A DNA stretch of 64,000 nt from Verrucomicrobiota bacterium (GTDB taxonomy: Bacteria > Verrucomicrobiota > Verrucomicrobiia > JAWXBN01 > JAWXCD01): assembly GCA_034440535.1 (NCBI GenBank), contig JAWXCD010000130.1, forward strand, positions 4,774 to 68,773, given 5' to 3'. The position numbers and the translations under genes are program-made. Positions 30,985 to 42,450 of this stretch are shown in pieces. The notes under the pieces were generated by a model. That model saw only the letters and a program-made list of their open reading frames with translations, was not told where the DNA came from and did not search any database. Every line of letters starts with the position of its first letter. Position 1 is the first letter of the stretch.

Positions 30985-31425
30985 ATGAAATTACAGCTCG
31001 TTGGGTTCTTGGCGGTTCTAGTATTGGTAGGATGTTCTGATCCTGAGCCCACCGTGGAACCCCAAAAAATTACCATTAACCCACAAGCATTACAACCTCA
31101 GGAAACTCCAGCTCCTGTCGAGGCTACCCCTGCGCCGTCGACCTTAAGCTCCACCAACTCCCAGGGTTTCACCAATAACGGCACTCTGAGCGGTGATGAC
31201 GTGCTCACGAGTACCATTCGCGCCGGAGAAGTCACCAAAGCCAAAATTGAGTCGCTTGTGTTCACCAAGGCTATCGAAAGTTTTAAAGAACAAGAAGGCC
31301 GGCTCCCAGCCTCCCTAGACGAACTGGTCTCTACAGGCTATCTCAAAAGCCTCCCTCGCGCTCCTGTGGGTCAAAAATACGAATACAATCCTGAGACTGG
31401 CGAGTTTACAATTACCAATGAATAA
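30985..31425 (+). CDS. Lipoprotein with pseudopilin-like (GspG-type) C-terminal segment
   Basis: MKLQLVGFLAVLVLVGCSD lipobox. C-terminal LPASLDELVSTGYLKSLPRAPVGQKYEYN resembles T2SS pseudopilin tails. Confidence 0.5.
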   Translation: MKLQLVGFLAVLVLVGCSDPEPTVEPQKITINPQALQPQETPAPVEATPAPSTLSSTNSQGFTNNGTLSGDDVLTSTIRAGEVTKAKIESLVFTKAIESFKEQEGRLPASLDELVSTGYLKSLPRAPVGQKYEYNPETGEFTITNE

Positions 31426-31650
31426 CTCCACAACGCATGACTTTCAGCACCAAACCAGAGTAGCGAATAAATCTTGAATTGACTGGGGCAAGCGCATCGA
31501 CTTTTTAAAGGGGTGTAAGCCCAACCACAGACGTGGATTTCATACCGCGCTCTTAGAATTTTTATAAAATCTACTTACTTTTCCCGGCCAATTCCGTAAC
31601 TTAAATACGTGATCCTAGACACACAGGTTGATGACATTAGTCAAAAAGTA

Positions 31651-32700
<1,050 letters not shown>

Positions 32701-32851
32701 TCTTTCAAAAGGAATTTCTCAGCGGTGGAGCCTCACGTGAGCACCTCAAATTTTCTGAGACTTGCAGAATTTTGCGCAGGACTTATATATTTTTACGGGG
32801 TTTTGATTTTGCTTAAAAACGACTGGTCTCAATTAAAAAGTTATACCTTTT

Positions 32852-33430
32852 ATGAAATATAACACTTACCTTCTTTTCGGTTCGCCTGGTAGTGGCAAAG
32901 GCACACAAGGAATGATTCTCGGTCGCGTACCGGGTTATTATCATTGCGCTTGCGGAGATGTTTTCCGTACGCTCGATCTCACCAGCACAACGGGCAAGGC
33001 ATTCCTTGAGTACTCAAGTCGAGGCGAACTTGTGCCAGACGACGTCACTATTCGGCTCTGGCACGAACGGATTGAAAATAGCGTTCTCACGAGAGCCTTT
33101 AAACCAGATAACGATTTCCTCGTTCTCGATGGCATTCCACGTAACGTCCATCAAGCCCGCATCCTCGTTGAACGACTGAATGTCCAAAAGGTCTTCCATC
33201 TGGTTTGCCAGGACAAGACCAAGCTGTACGAAAGGTTAAAACGCCGCGCGCTCAAGGACAACCGCTACGATGATGCAAATGAGGAGGTCATTCAACACCG
33301 TCTCGAAGTCTATGAGAAAGAGTCCCGGCCTGTCCTCGAACATTACGGGCCGTCTATGGTCGTTGAAATCGATGCTCAACAACGTCCGGACCAAGTCCTG
33401 CGCGATATTTTGGCTCATACCGCAAAATAA
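32852..33430 (+). CDS. Adenylate-kinase-family nucleoside monophosphate kinase (short type, divergent)
   Basis: P-loop GSPGSGKGTQ; LVPDD, GIPRN and a short LID. Diverges from canonical Adk (CACGDVFR instead of ISTGDMLR). Confidence 0.65.
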   Translation: MKYNTYLLFGSPGSGKGTQGMILGRVPGYYHCACGDVFRTLDLTSTTGKAFLEYSSRGELVPDDVTIRLWHERIENSVLTRAFKPDNDFLVLDGIPRNVHQARILVERLNVQKVFHLVCQDKTKLYERLKRRALKDNRYDDANEEVIQHRLEVYEKESRPVLEHYGPSMVVEIDAQQRPDQVLRDILAHTAK

Positions 33431-33463
33431 AACACCTTTACATATACTCGTTTACCTCATCCC

Positions 33464-34405
33464 ATGCGTATTGTTTTTATTGGTACTGCGGACTTGGCCT
33501 GCCCCTCGTTGGATCTTCTTTCGAAAACCGATGGGATGAAGCTGGTCGCGGTCGTCACCCAACCGGATCGACCGGCTGGACGCCAATTAAAGCTCACGCC
33601 TTCTCCGGTCAAAGAGGCGGCTCTGAAAATTCATTTGCCCATCTTCCAGCCTGAAAAAATCCGCAGCCCCCAAGCCCTGGAGCAAATAAAATATTGGCAC
33701 CCTGACGTGGTGATTGTCGCTGCCTATGGGCAATTGATTCCGAAATCCATTTTAGATATTCCAAAATACGGGTGCCTCAATGTTCACGCTTCTCTCCTAC
33801 CGAAATACCGAGGCGCGGCACCCATCCAGTGGGCTCTACTCAATGGCGAACGATCGACAGGCATTACGATCATGCAAATGAATACGGGTCTCGATACGGG
33901 CGATATTCTCCTGCAAAAGGAAATCCCGATTCGACGCCATGACAATGCCCAAACTATTCATGACAAGCTTGCACATCAGGGGGCTGAGTTGTTGGTTCAT
34001 ACGCTTAAAACACTGCCTTCCAACACGATTAAACCCATCAAACAAGGCGACTCCCCCACCCCCTACGCACGCAAAATTACGAAGGAGGACACTCGCTTGG
34101 ATTGGTCCCGTATGCCTCTCGATTTGTGGTTGCAAATTCGCTCTTTTAGCCCGCGTCCGGGTGCCTTTACTTTATGGAACGACGGGGTCACAGATAAAAT
34201 TCTGAAAGTTTTCGGCATTATCATTTCCCGCCGCGCTAAAGGTCAACCCGGTGAGATTGTCCGCATCGATTCCCATGGGATTCTCGTCGCAGCTAAATCC
34301 GGCGGCCTCCTATTGCGTGAGGTCCAACTTGAAGGACGCAAACGCATGTCCGCCGCACAACTTGGTCAAGGCAATCTTCTTAAAGTCGGACAAATTTTGA
34401 AGTAA
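33464..34405 (+). CDS. fmt: Methionyl-tRNA formyltransferase
   Basis: MRIVFIGTADLACPSL...NVHASLLPKYRGAAPIQWAL formyltransferase motifs plus the C-terminal domain. Confidence 0.9.
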   Translation: MRIVFIGTADLACPSLDLLSKTDGMKLVAVVTQPDRPAGRQLKLTPSPVKEAALKIHLPIFQPEKIRSPQALEQIKYWHPDVVIVAAYGQLIPKSILDIPKYGCLNVHASLLPKYRGAAPIQWALLNGERSTGITIMQMNTGLDTGDILLQKEIPIRRHDNAQTIHDKLAHQGAELLVHTLKTLPSNTIKPIKQGDSPTPYARKITKEDTRLDWSRMPLDLWLQIRSFSPRPGAFTLWNDGVTDKILKVFGIIISRRAKGQPGEIVRIDSHGILVAAKSGGLLLREVQLEGRKRMSAAQLGQGNLLKVGQILK

Positions 34406-34526
34406 CCCTTGGGGGTATCGTGCTTTTTTTAGGGGATGCTTTCCCATTTCTGTCAGGCCGAGGAGACTTGGTATGACCATATCCACATCAACTTGACTAA
34501 GTATATATCCATATTATTATTTAGAT

Positions 34527-34808
34527 ATGACCAAGATAAATATTTATGAGGCCAAGGCCCATTTGTCAGCCTATGCCCGGCGAGTTAAGGCAGGCGAAAC
34601 GATTATCCTCTGCGACAGGAATGTGCCGTTTGCAGAGATACGCCCCCTTTCCAAGACGGGCACAGAAAACATTGGTAAAGTTCGCAAACTGGGCTTTCTC
34701 AAAGGACGTGTTATGTCGGATTCCAATACAGACTTTTTTGGCGCTGACAGCGAATTAGCAACATCTTTCATGCAATCCCCTCTTCCTCCCCGGCCCGAAC
34801 ACCTATGA
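34527..34808 (+). CDS. Type II antitoxin, Phd/YefM family
   Basis: MTKINIYEAKAHLSAYARRVKAGETIIL signature. The stop overlaps the VapC start (ATGA). Confidence 0.75.
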   Translation: MTKINIYEAKAHLSAYARRVKAGETIILCDRNVPFAEIRPLSKTGTENIGKVRKLGFLKGRVMSDSNTDFFGADSELATSFMQSPLPPRPEHL

Positions 34809-35191
34809 ATATCCTTTTAGACTCCTGTCTGATTCTCTGGATGGCGGAGGATGCAAGCTTGATCAGCCCCCGGGCAAGGGAGCATTTGGAAGACACCTCG
34901 AATACCCTAGTCATCAGCCAAGTCTCCTTTCTTGAACTTCAATTGAAGTTTATATCCGGAAAGCTCCCCCTTCTCATGAAACCCCGTGAGATTATCCGTC
35001 ATATTTGCAGCGAGCACATCGCTGATTATCTTCCCCTTGATGATAATGCGGTTGAACTGTTGGAGAAACTGCCCCCAATCCATGCCGATCCATTTGATCG
35101 CCTGCTCATCGCCCAGGCATTAACCCATCAACTGGCATTGATGACCCCGGACACAAAAATTCATGACTATCCTCTTATGACCATTTGGTGA
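34805..35191 (+). CDS. vapC: Type II toxin, PIN-domain ribonuclease VapC
   Basis: N-terminal LLDSCLILW acidic-pocket start; conserved Asp positions (DPFDRLLIAQAL); 128 aa. Confidence 0.8.
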   Translation: MNILLDSCLILWMAEDASLISPRAREHLEDTSNTLVISQVSFLELQLKFISGKLPLLMKPREIIRHICSEHIADYLPLDDNAVELLEKLPPIHADPFDRLLIAQALTHQLALMTPDTKIHDYPLMTIW

Positions 35192-35317
35192 CAACCACAT
35201 TACCCTCTCCCAACATGGGTCAGGCACTGAATACTCTTGTTGCCTTTTGTGATTACGTGGCAAAACCAAAAACGCGCCACAGCCGCCCATTAAATAGGGC
35301 GGACAGAGACTGCTCCG

Positions 35318-37312
35318 TTATTCCTCGTCAGAAGCGCGAAGCGCGGCGATAACTGAGAAGTCTTCGAGCGTTGTGGTATCTCCCTTTATGTCACCATTAC
35401 CACTGGCAACCTCACGAAGAAGACGGCGCATGATTTTTCCTGAGCGTGTTTTGGGCAGACTTTCCGTAAAACGTATATCATCAGGCTTAGCGATGGGGCC
35501 AATCTCTTTAGCCACATGGTTACGGAGTTCGGCTTTAAGTGCATCAGTGGGCTGTTGCCCCGATTTGAGAGTGACGAAAGCGACAAGAGCCTGGCCTTTA
35601 AGTTCGTCCGGCCTAGCCACAACAGCGGCTTCCGCAACTTGTCGATGGCCCACGAGCGCACTTTCAACTTCCATCGTTCCAAGCCGATGCCCCGCCACGT
35701 TGACCACGTCGTCGATACGGCCCATGATCCAAAAATAACCATCCTTGTCCCGGCGCGCACCGTCACCGGTAAAATACATACCTTTTATCTCGGACCAATA
35801 GGTCTGCTTATAGCGTTCATTATCACCATACAAACCGCGCAGCATGGATGGCCAAGGTTTACGCACCACAAGCAGGCCACCTGTGTTCCTAGCTACTTCT
35901 TTACCCTCTTTATTCACCACTGCGGCATCCACGCCGAAGAATGGTAAGGTGGCCGTCCCAGGCTTCGTGGGGGTAACTCCGGGAAGTGGCGTAATAAGTA
36001 TGGACCCAGTCTCGGTTTGCCACCATGTATCGACAATGGGGCAGCGTTTTTTGCCGATCTTCTCATGATACCAAATCCAAGCTTCAGGATTAATAGGTTC
36101 GCCCACGGTACCCAACAGTCGCAAAGTCTTGAGGGAATACTTATTCACATGTTCTTCACCCCATTTCATGAAGGACCGAATAGCCGTTGGAGCTGTATAA
36201 AAGATGGTAACCCCATGGCGATCAATCATTTCCCATAATCGACCGAGATGCGGCGTGTCTGGAGCACCTTCGTAAATAACGGTTGTGGCCCCGTTTAATA
36301 GGGCTCCGTAAACCGTGTACGAATGGCCCGTAACCCACCCGACGTCAGCGGTGCACCAGTACGTATCTTCCTCGTGCAGATCGAATACATACTTTGTCGT
36401 GAGGTATGCCCCTAACATGTATCCGCCGGTCGTGTGTAAAATTCCCTTTGGTTTTCCAGTCGATCCACTTGTGTACAAAATAAAGAGTGGATGTTCACTG
36501 TCCAACGGGGCCGCAGGACATTCGGTCGAAAGCCCATTAACCAACTCGTGCCACCAATGGTCGCGTCCCGGTGTAAAAATGACTTCAGATTTTGTCCGTT
36601 GCAGCACCACAACGTGCCTTATCGTGGGGCAGGCTCCGACGGCGGCATCAACATTCTTCTTAAGTTCAACGACTTTACCGCGACGATATCCACCGTCTGC
36701 AGTAATCACGATCGAAGCTTGGCAATCATTAATCCTGTCTTTGACGGCTTCCGCGCTGAACCCACCAAAAATTACGCTATGTATAGCGCCAATGCGAGCG
36801 CACGCTAACATCGCTACGGCGGCTTCAGGGACCATGGGCATATAAATCATAACCCGATCACCCGACTTAACCCCGAGCTTTTTCAGTCCATTTGAAAATT
36901 GACACACCTCACTCAACAACTGCCCGTAAGTGATCGTTCTGACTTCACCGGGTTCGCCCTCCCAAATAATAGCAGCCTTATTTTTTCGCCAATTTTGCGC
37001 ATGCCGATCTATGCAATTGTAACTGATATTCGTTTTGCCCCCAACAAACCACTTTGCAAGTGGTTCCTTCCACTGGAGTACTTTTTTCCATGGCTTAAAC
37101 CAGTGTAGTTCCTCAGCCACTTTCCCAAAAAATTTATCGGGATTTTTAATGGATTCCGCATACATCTTTTTGTACTGCGCCATCGATTTTATGTGGGCCT
37201 TGGAAGAAAACTCCTTGGAGGGTTTAAATACGCGATATTCTTTCAATGTGGATTCGATATCAGACTGGCTCATGTTGTGCGCAACTAAACCCAAAATTTG
37301 CTCTGATTTCAA
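35318..37312 (-). CDS. acs: Acetyl-coenzyme A synthetase (AMP-forming)
   Basis: [14 protein letters not shown]-binding motif; 664 aa; typical Acs N- and C-terminal regions. Confidence 0.95.
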   Translation of the reverse strand: MKSEQILGLVAHNMSQSDIESTLKEYRVFKPSKEFSSKAHIKSMAQYKKMYAESIKNPDKFFGKVAEELHWFKPWKKVLQWKEPLAKWFVGGKTNISYNCIDRHAQNWRKNKAAIIWEGEPGEVRTITYGQLLSEVCQFSNGLKKLGVKSGDRVMIYMPMVPEAAVAMLACARIGAIHSVIFGGFSAEAVKDRINDCQASIVITADGGYRRGKVVELKKNVDAAVGACPTIRHVVVLQRTKSEVIFTPGRDHWWHELVNGLSTECPAAPLDSEHPLFILYTSGSTGKPKGILHTTGGYMLGAYLTTKYVFDLHEEDTYWCTADVGWVTGHSYTVYGALLNGATTVIYEGAPDTPHLGRLWEMIDRHGVTIFYTAPTAIRSFMKWGEEHVNKYSLKTLRLLGTVGEPINPEAWIWYHEKIGKKRCPIVDTWWQTETGSILITPLPGVTPTKPGTATLPFFGVDAAVVNKEGKEVARNTGGLLVVRKPWPSMLRGLYGDNERYKQTYWSEIKGMYFTGDGARRDKDGYFWIMGRIDDVVNVAGHRLGTMEVESALVGHRQVAEAAVVARPDELKGQALVAFVTLKSGQQPTDALKAELRNHVAKEIGPIAKPDDIRFTESLPKTRSGKIMRRLLREVASGNGDIKGDTTTLEDFSVIAALRASDEE

Positions 37313-37396
37313 TACAGGAATTGGATGTTCTTATTTCTTCCCAACAATGTGCTCGGTACGCATCGTGCTAATTAGAATGTAGGAGGAAAGAAAATT

Positions 37397-37654
37397 ATGG
37401 AAATACTTGGAATGATTATTATTGGCCTGCTTGCAGGAATTGTAGCTAAACTTTTAATGCCTGGGCGTGATCCCGGTGGCTTTATAGTGACTACTTTGTT
37501 GGGTCTTGCGGGTTCATTCGTCGGCTATTATCTTGGCCGGGCATTAGGAATGTACGGAGACGGAAGTTCAGCAGGCTTTGTAGCCTCGGTGATAGGTGCA
37601 ATGATCCTATTATTCGGCTATCGCTTAATGAGCCCACGTCACACACTTAGGTAA
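37397..37654 (+). CDS. GlsB/YeaQ/YmgE-family stress-response membrane protein
   Basis: MEILGMIIIGLLAGIVAKLLMPGRDPGGFIVTTLLGLAGSFVG: canonical transglycosylase-associated-protein fold, 85 aa. Confidence 0.8.
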   Translation: MEILGMIIIGLLAGIVAKLLMPGRDPGGFIVTTLLGLAGSFVGYYLGRALGMYGDGSSAGFVASVIGAMILLFGYRLMSPRHTLR

Positions 37655-37683
37655 CATTTGCTTCTTTGAAGCCAATTAAACCG

Positions 37684-37750
37684 CAGGGCCGCCCGGACTG
37701 TTCTACTCGCGATAAGCGGAGAGCAGTCCGGGCGGCCCTGGGTCTTTTTA
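37684..37750 (+). terminator. Long-stem hairpin terminator (17-bp perfect stem cagggccgcccggactg / cagtccgggcggccctg) plus T-run
   Basis: Perfect inverted repeat separated by 23 nt, followed by GGTCTTTTTA. Located 3' of the GlsB-family gene. Confidence 0.55.
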
Positions 37751-38062
37751 TACTACAAGTTGAAATTCTTCCTGATTCCTAAAACGCAAGATTCTCTCCA
37801 AGCAAAAAACTGCATTACGTTCGTCCAGAGCCTCAACGACGGTGTAATACGCGCCCAAAGAATGTCGACACACTGCAAAATGATGAGGGCTTTCGACACC
37901 TGAAATAAAAATGTCCCAATACTCCACTGGAATACGATCCCATGCCCGGGCTTCCTCAAGAATTTGATAATCTTCGGTGTGAAATCCATGGAACTCGGTG
38001 TCTATATAAAAGGCTTCCATTGGTCCTTGGACGGGCTTGTAAACAAAGTATCGGTTCATCAT
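37748..38062 (-). CDS. Hypothetical small cytoplasmic protein (104 aa)
   Basis: ORF with no recognisable motifs, between the rpoC terminator and the long-stem hairpin. Confidence 0.4.
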   Translation of the reverse strand: MMNRYFVYKPVQGPMEAFYIDTEFHGFHTEDYQILEEARAWDRIPVEYWDIFISGVESPHHFAVCRHSLGAYYTVVEALDERNAVFCLERILRFRNQEEFQLVV

Positions 38063-38189
38063 GTGGCTCCTTAAAATTTGAGATCACAATAATAACCCAA
38101 AGAGCCATACCCGAAAGGATTTCTTACTCACATTCGCCTCGCTCCTTACTCACATGTTATCCACAAGGATAAGGATGGATTATTGAACA

Positions 38190-38226
38190 AAATACAAAAA
38201 AATAACCCGTGCAAAACACGGGTTAT
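38190..38226 (-). terminator. Rho-independent terminator downstream of rpoC
   Basis: aataacccgtg-caaaa-cacgggttatt. The minus-strand reading is followed by TTTTTTTGTATTTT. Confidence 0.6.
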
Positions 38227-38250
38227 TTTAAATCAACTATGTCAGGGGTT

Positions 38251-41200
38251 TTAGCCCGCTAAAGGCTTTTCTTCTTCGATTTCGACAATAGGCGGTTCGA
38301 GCTCTTCACCTTGGGCTTGGATTTCAATCTTGCGATACAACCGGAAGCCGGTTCCCGCAGGAATCAAATGACCCATGATGACGTTTTCCTTAAATCCGCG
38401 AAGCTTATCCACACGTCCCAATGTCGCCGCTTCTGTTAAGACACGTGTTGTGTCTTGGAACGAAGCTGCCGAGATGAAACTGTCGGTCTCAAGAGATGCC
38501 TTCGTAATGCCTAGAAGAACTGGGGTCGCTTCAGCAGGTTTACCACCCGCTTCAGACACACGCCTATTTTCTTCCTCGAAGTTGATACGGTCAACCTGGT
38601 CACCCCACAATAATGTAGTATCACCCGGTTCACTAATCTTCACCTTGCGCAACATCTGACGGACAATAATTTCAATATGCTTGTCGTTAATTTCAACACC
38701 TTGCAAACGGTAAACTTCCTGAACTTCGTTCACGAGATATTCTTGAAGCTCTTGCGGTCCGCATATTTCAAGAATTTCATGTGGCACAACAGGTCCGTCA
38801 GTCAATTGAGAACCCTTTTTCACGTAATCACCTTTGGCGATGATGACGTGTTTGTTCATTGGAATTAAATGTTCTTCTTCAAGGCCATTAGGATCCTTGA
38901 TCACAAGCCTGCGTTTACCGCGGACAGTACCCGCGAAATCTACGGTGCCGTCGATTTTCGCAATTTCAGCGGAATCCTTCGGACGACGTGCTTCGAACAA
39001 TTCAGCCACACGTGGCAATCCACCTGTGATATCTTTTGTTTTTGCAATCTTACGAGGTGTTTTAGCCAAAAGGGTGCCACCAGTCACTTTTTTGTTTTCT
39101 GGTACAACAATGTGCGCCCCCGCAGGAATTGAATAACTGGCAAGGATTTCCTTGTCACTTCCAACAATCACAATCTGAGGATGCAAATCTTCCTTATGCT
39201 CAATAACGACAGTTCCCATGAACCCAGTTGATTCATCGAGTTCCTTTTTAACCGTTACACCAGCGATGATGTCACGGAACTCAACTTTACCTTCTTTTTC
39301 AGTCAAAATCGGAACGTTATAAGGATCCCATTGAACGAGTGTGTCACCCTTCTTGGCTTTTGCACCGTCAGCAATGGAAATTTTGGCGCCAATGACAATG
39401 TCATGATGTTCAAGTTCACGACCGTCTTCACCATGCAACGTAATGAAACCATTCTTGTTCAAGGCAACAAAACCACCTTCAGTGGATTCAACAACCCGAA
39501 GTTCCTGGTAACGAATCACACCATCGTTTTTCATCTTAACGATAGGCTGTTTGAAAATCTTGGTCGCCGTACCACCGATGTGGAAAGTACGCATGGTCAA
39601 CTGTGTTCCTGGTTCACCAATGGATTGTGCCGCAATAATACCGACGGCCTCACCAAGTTTAACCAATTGGCCCGTTGCCAAATTACGTCCGTAACAGAGA
39701 CAACAAACGCCATCGCGACTTTCACAGGTTAACACCGAACGAATCTTCAAACGCTCAGTACCAATTTTTTCGATGGACGCAGCACCTACTTCGTCAACAA
39801 CGTCATTCGCCTTTACAATAGCCTTGCGACTGATCGGATCCATGACTTCATCACAGGTCACCCGACCCACAATGCGTGTTGTGAGTGAAACAATTTCTTC
39901 GTCACCTTCGTAAATTGGAGAAACCCAGATTCCATTAACCGTACCGCAATCGTGCATCTGGATAATGACATCCTGAGATACGTCGACTAACTTACGTGTC
40001 ATATAACCCGAATCCGCAGTCTTAAGGGCTGTATCAGCAAGACCCTTACGAGCACCGTGAGTCGAAATGAAATACTCAAGTACGCTCAAGCCTTCACGGA
40101 AGTTGGAAAGAATCGGCTGTTCAATGATGTCGCCAGAAGGCTTAGCCATCAAACCGCGGATACCCGCAAGCTGAGTGACCTGACCCTTATTACCACGGGC
40201 GCCGGAATCAACCATCATGTAAACGGGATTCAATTCGCTCGATCCGTTATTATGCTCCAAGGTACGGAACATAACATTAGAAATCTGGTCACGGCAATGA
40301 GTCCAGACGTCAATAATCTTGTTATAACGTTCGCCGTCAGTGATCACACCGTTACGGTATTGTTTTTCAACTTCAGTGATTTCCTTCTGAGCTTTTTCAA
40401 TTTCAATCTTCTTTTCAACTGGAATAATCATGTCATCGATACCGATGGACACACCAGCCTTGGTTGCCTCTTCAAACCCAAGTGTCTTAAGTCTATCAAG
40501 CACTTCCACGGTTTGCGCTTGGCCCACTTTTTGGTAGGTCTGGAAGATAACTTCAGACAAAAGTTTCTTGGGCACGGGCTTATTGATAAACCCGACTTCC
40601 AATGGCCAAATCGTGTTAAACAGAACACGACCCACAGTGGTTTCGATCACTTTCTTCGTTTTATCACCGAAGACGGTATCTTTTCCATAAGAAGGATTTT
40701 TAATGACAATCCAGTCGTGAGTCTTGACCGACTTTTCAAGCTGAGCAAAAAGCACTTCGTCCGCGTCTGCAAACAAAGGTAATTTCCCGGCTTTCTGAGC
40801 ATCGGCTTTGGAAAGTTTAGGATTCTGCGTCAGGTAATAACACCCGAGCGGAATGTCCTGCGAAGGAGTCATAATGGGCTTACCATTCGAAGGCGAGAAG
40901 ATGTTCTGAGTGGACATCATGAGCAAACGCGCTTCGAGCTGTGCTTCTACTGAAAGAGGCACGTGCACAGCCATCTGGTCACCATCAAAGTCGGCGTTGT
41001 ACGCCGTACACACAAGAGGATGAATCCGGATCGCTTCCCCTTCAATCAATACAGGCTCAAAAGCCTGGATGGATAACCGGTGCAATGTTGGAGCACGATT
41101 CAGAAGAACAGGATGACCTTTCGTCACCTCATCAAGAATATCCCAAACCTCAGGAGCCTGACGTTCAATCATTTTCTTGGCACTGCGAACGGTGTGTACC

Positions 41201-42402
41201 AGTGACAGCTCTTTCAGACGTCGAATAATAAATGGCTCAAATAATACCAACGCCATCTTTTTTGGAAGACCACATTGGTTAAGCTTGAGTTCAGGCCCGA
41301 TCACAATGACCGAACGCCCAGAGTAATCCACGCGTTTCCCGAGCAAATTCTGACGAAAACGTCCGCCCTTGCCCTTAAGCATGTCGGAAAGTGATTTCAG
41401 AGGACGATTGCCAGTGCCAGTGACAGCACGACCATGTCGCCCGTTATCCATCAAAGCGTCGACAGCTTCTTGAAGCATACGCTTTTCATTACGGATAATG
41501 ACGTCAGGTGTTTTTAATTGGAGCAAATTGCGCAAACGATTGTTCCGGTTAATCACACGACGGTAAAGGTCGTTGAGATCAGAAGTGGCAAAACGTCCAC
41601 CTTCAAGAGGCACAAGTGGGCGAAGGTCAGGTGGGATCACTGGAAGCACTTCAAGAATCATCCATTCAGGACGGCTCTTGGACCCTGCAAAACCCATAAC
41701 AATCTTCAAACGCTTAGCGATCTTTTTACGGACCTGTTTGCTTTTCGTGGCTGTCAAAGCTTGTTCGAGTTCTTTGACGAGCTCGTTTAAATCCAAACCT
41801 GATAACACTTCACGAATCGCTTCGGCACCCATTTTGGCGACGAAACCTTCGCCGTATTGGTCTACCGCTTCTCGGTAAGCCATTTCGCTCAAAAGATCCT
41901 TTTTCTTTAATCCTGTTTTACCTGGATCGATAACAAGGTAATCCTCGTAATAAATAACACGTTCCAACAAACGGGCGCTCATATCCATCATGAGACCAAT
42001 CTTGCTGGGCATACATTTGAAAAACCAAATGTGTGACACAGGAACAGCCAATTCAATATGACCCATGCGCTCGCGACGAACCCGCGAAAGGGTGACTTCA
42101 ACACCGCATCGATCGCAAACAACACCCTTATACTTGATACGCTTGTACTTACCACAAGCACATTCCCAATCCTTCGTCGGACCAAAAATCCGTTCGCAGA
42201 ATAAACCGCCCTTTTCAGGACGGAACGTCCGGTAGTTGATGGTTTCAGGGTTTTTAACTTCGCCCCTGGACCATGACCGAATCACGTCAGGAGACGCAAT
42301 GGTAATAGACACTTGGTCAAAAGCCTCTTTAGGCTCTTGGGAAAAGATGTCTTGTGTCGAGTTCGGCGGCGTGGCGAGTTCAAGTGGTGTTTCGTTGATC
42401 AT
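38251..42402 (-). CDS. rpoC: DNA-directed RNA polymerase subunit beta'
   Basis: [14 protein letters not shown] catalytic motif; Zn-finger CxxC pairs at the N-terminus; 1383 aa. Confidence 0.98.
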   Translation of the reverse strand: MINETPLELATPPNSTQDIFSQEPKEAFDQVSITIASPDVIRSWSRGEVKNPETINYRTFRPEKGGLFCERIFGPTKDWECACGKYKRIKYKGVVCDRCGVEVTLSRVRRERMGHIELAVPVSHIWFFKCMPSKIGLMMDMSARLLERVIYYEDYLVIDPGKTGLKKKDLLSEMAYREAVDQYGEGFVAKMGAEAIREVLSGLDLNELVKELEQALTATKSKQVRKKIAKRLKIVMGFAGSKSRPEWMILEVLPVIPPDLRPLVPLEGGRFATSDLNDLYRRVINRNNRLRNLLQLKTPDVIIRNEKRMLQEAVDALMDNGRHGRAVTGTGNRPLKSLSDMLKGKGGRFRQNLLGKRVDYSGRSVIVIGPELKLNQCGLPKKMALVLFEPFIIRRLKELSLVHTVRSAKKMIERQAPEVWDILDEVTKGHPVLLNRAPTLHRLSIQAFEPVLIEGEAIRIHPLVCTAYNADFDGDQMAVHVPLSVEAQLEARLLMMSTQNIFSPSNGKPIMTPSQDIPLGCYYLTQNPKLSKADAQKAGKLPLFADADEVLFAQLEKSVKTHDWIVIKNPSYGKDTVFGDKTKKVIETTVGRVLFNTIWPLEVGFINKPVPKKLLSEVIFQTYQKVGQAQTVEVLDRLKTLGFEEATKAGVSIGIDDMIIPVEKKIEIEKAQKEITEVEKQYRNGVITDGERYNKIIDVWTHCRDQISNVMFRTLEHNNGSSELNPVYMMVDSGARGNKGQVTQLAGIRGLMAKPSGDIIEQPILSNFREGLSVLEYFISTHGARKGLADTALKTADSGYMTRKLVDVSQDVIIQMHDCGTVNGIWVSPIYEGDEEIVSLTTRIVGRVTCDEVMDPISRKAIVKANDVVDEVGAASIEKIGTERLKIRSVLTCESRDGVCCLCYGRNLATGQLVKLGEAVGIIAAQSIGEPGTQLTMRTFHIGGTATKIFKQPIVKMKNDGVIRYQELRVVESTEGGFVALNKNGFITLHGEDGRELEHHDIVIGAKISIADGAKAKKGDTLVQWDPYNVPILTEKEGKVEFRDIIAGVTVKKELDESTGFMGTVVIEHKEDLHPQIVIVGSDKEILASYSIPAGAHIVVPENKKVTGGTLLAKTPRKIAKTKDITGGLPRVAELFEARRPKDSAEIAKIDGTVDFAGTVRGKRRLVIKDPNGLEEEHLIPMNKHVIIAKGDYVKKGSQLTDGPVVPHEILEICGPQELQEYLVNEVQEVYRLQGVEINDKHIEIIVRQMLRKVKISEPGDTTLLWGDQVDRINFEEENRRVSEAGGKPAEATPVLLGITKASLETDSFISAASFQDTTRVLTEAATLGRVDKLRGFKENVIMGHLIPAGTGFRLYRKIEIQAQGEELEPPIVEIEEEKPLAG

Positions 42403-42450
42403 ATGGCTGTATTTTTCTCTCGAAATTCTAATTCAATTAAATAACCGGTA

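Noticed and set aside
35373-36845. ORFs 35373..35738, 35516..35947 and 36315..36845 on the plus strand within acs
   Set aside because: Antisense to acetyl-CoA synthetase, with no homology features.
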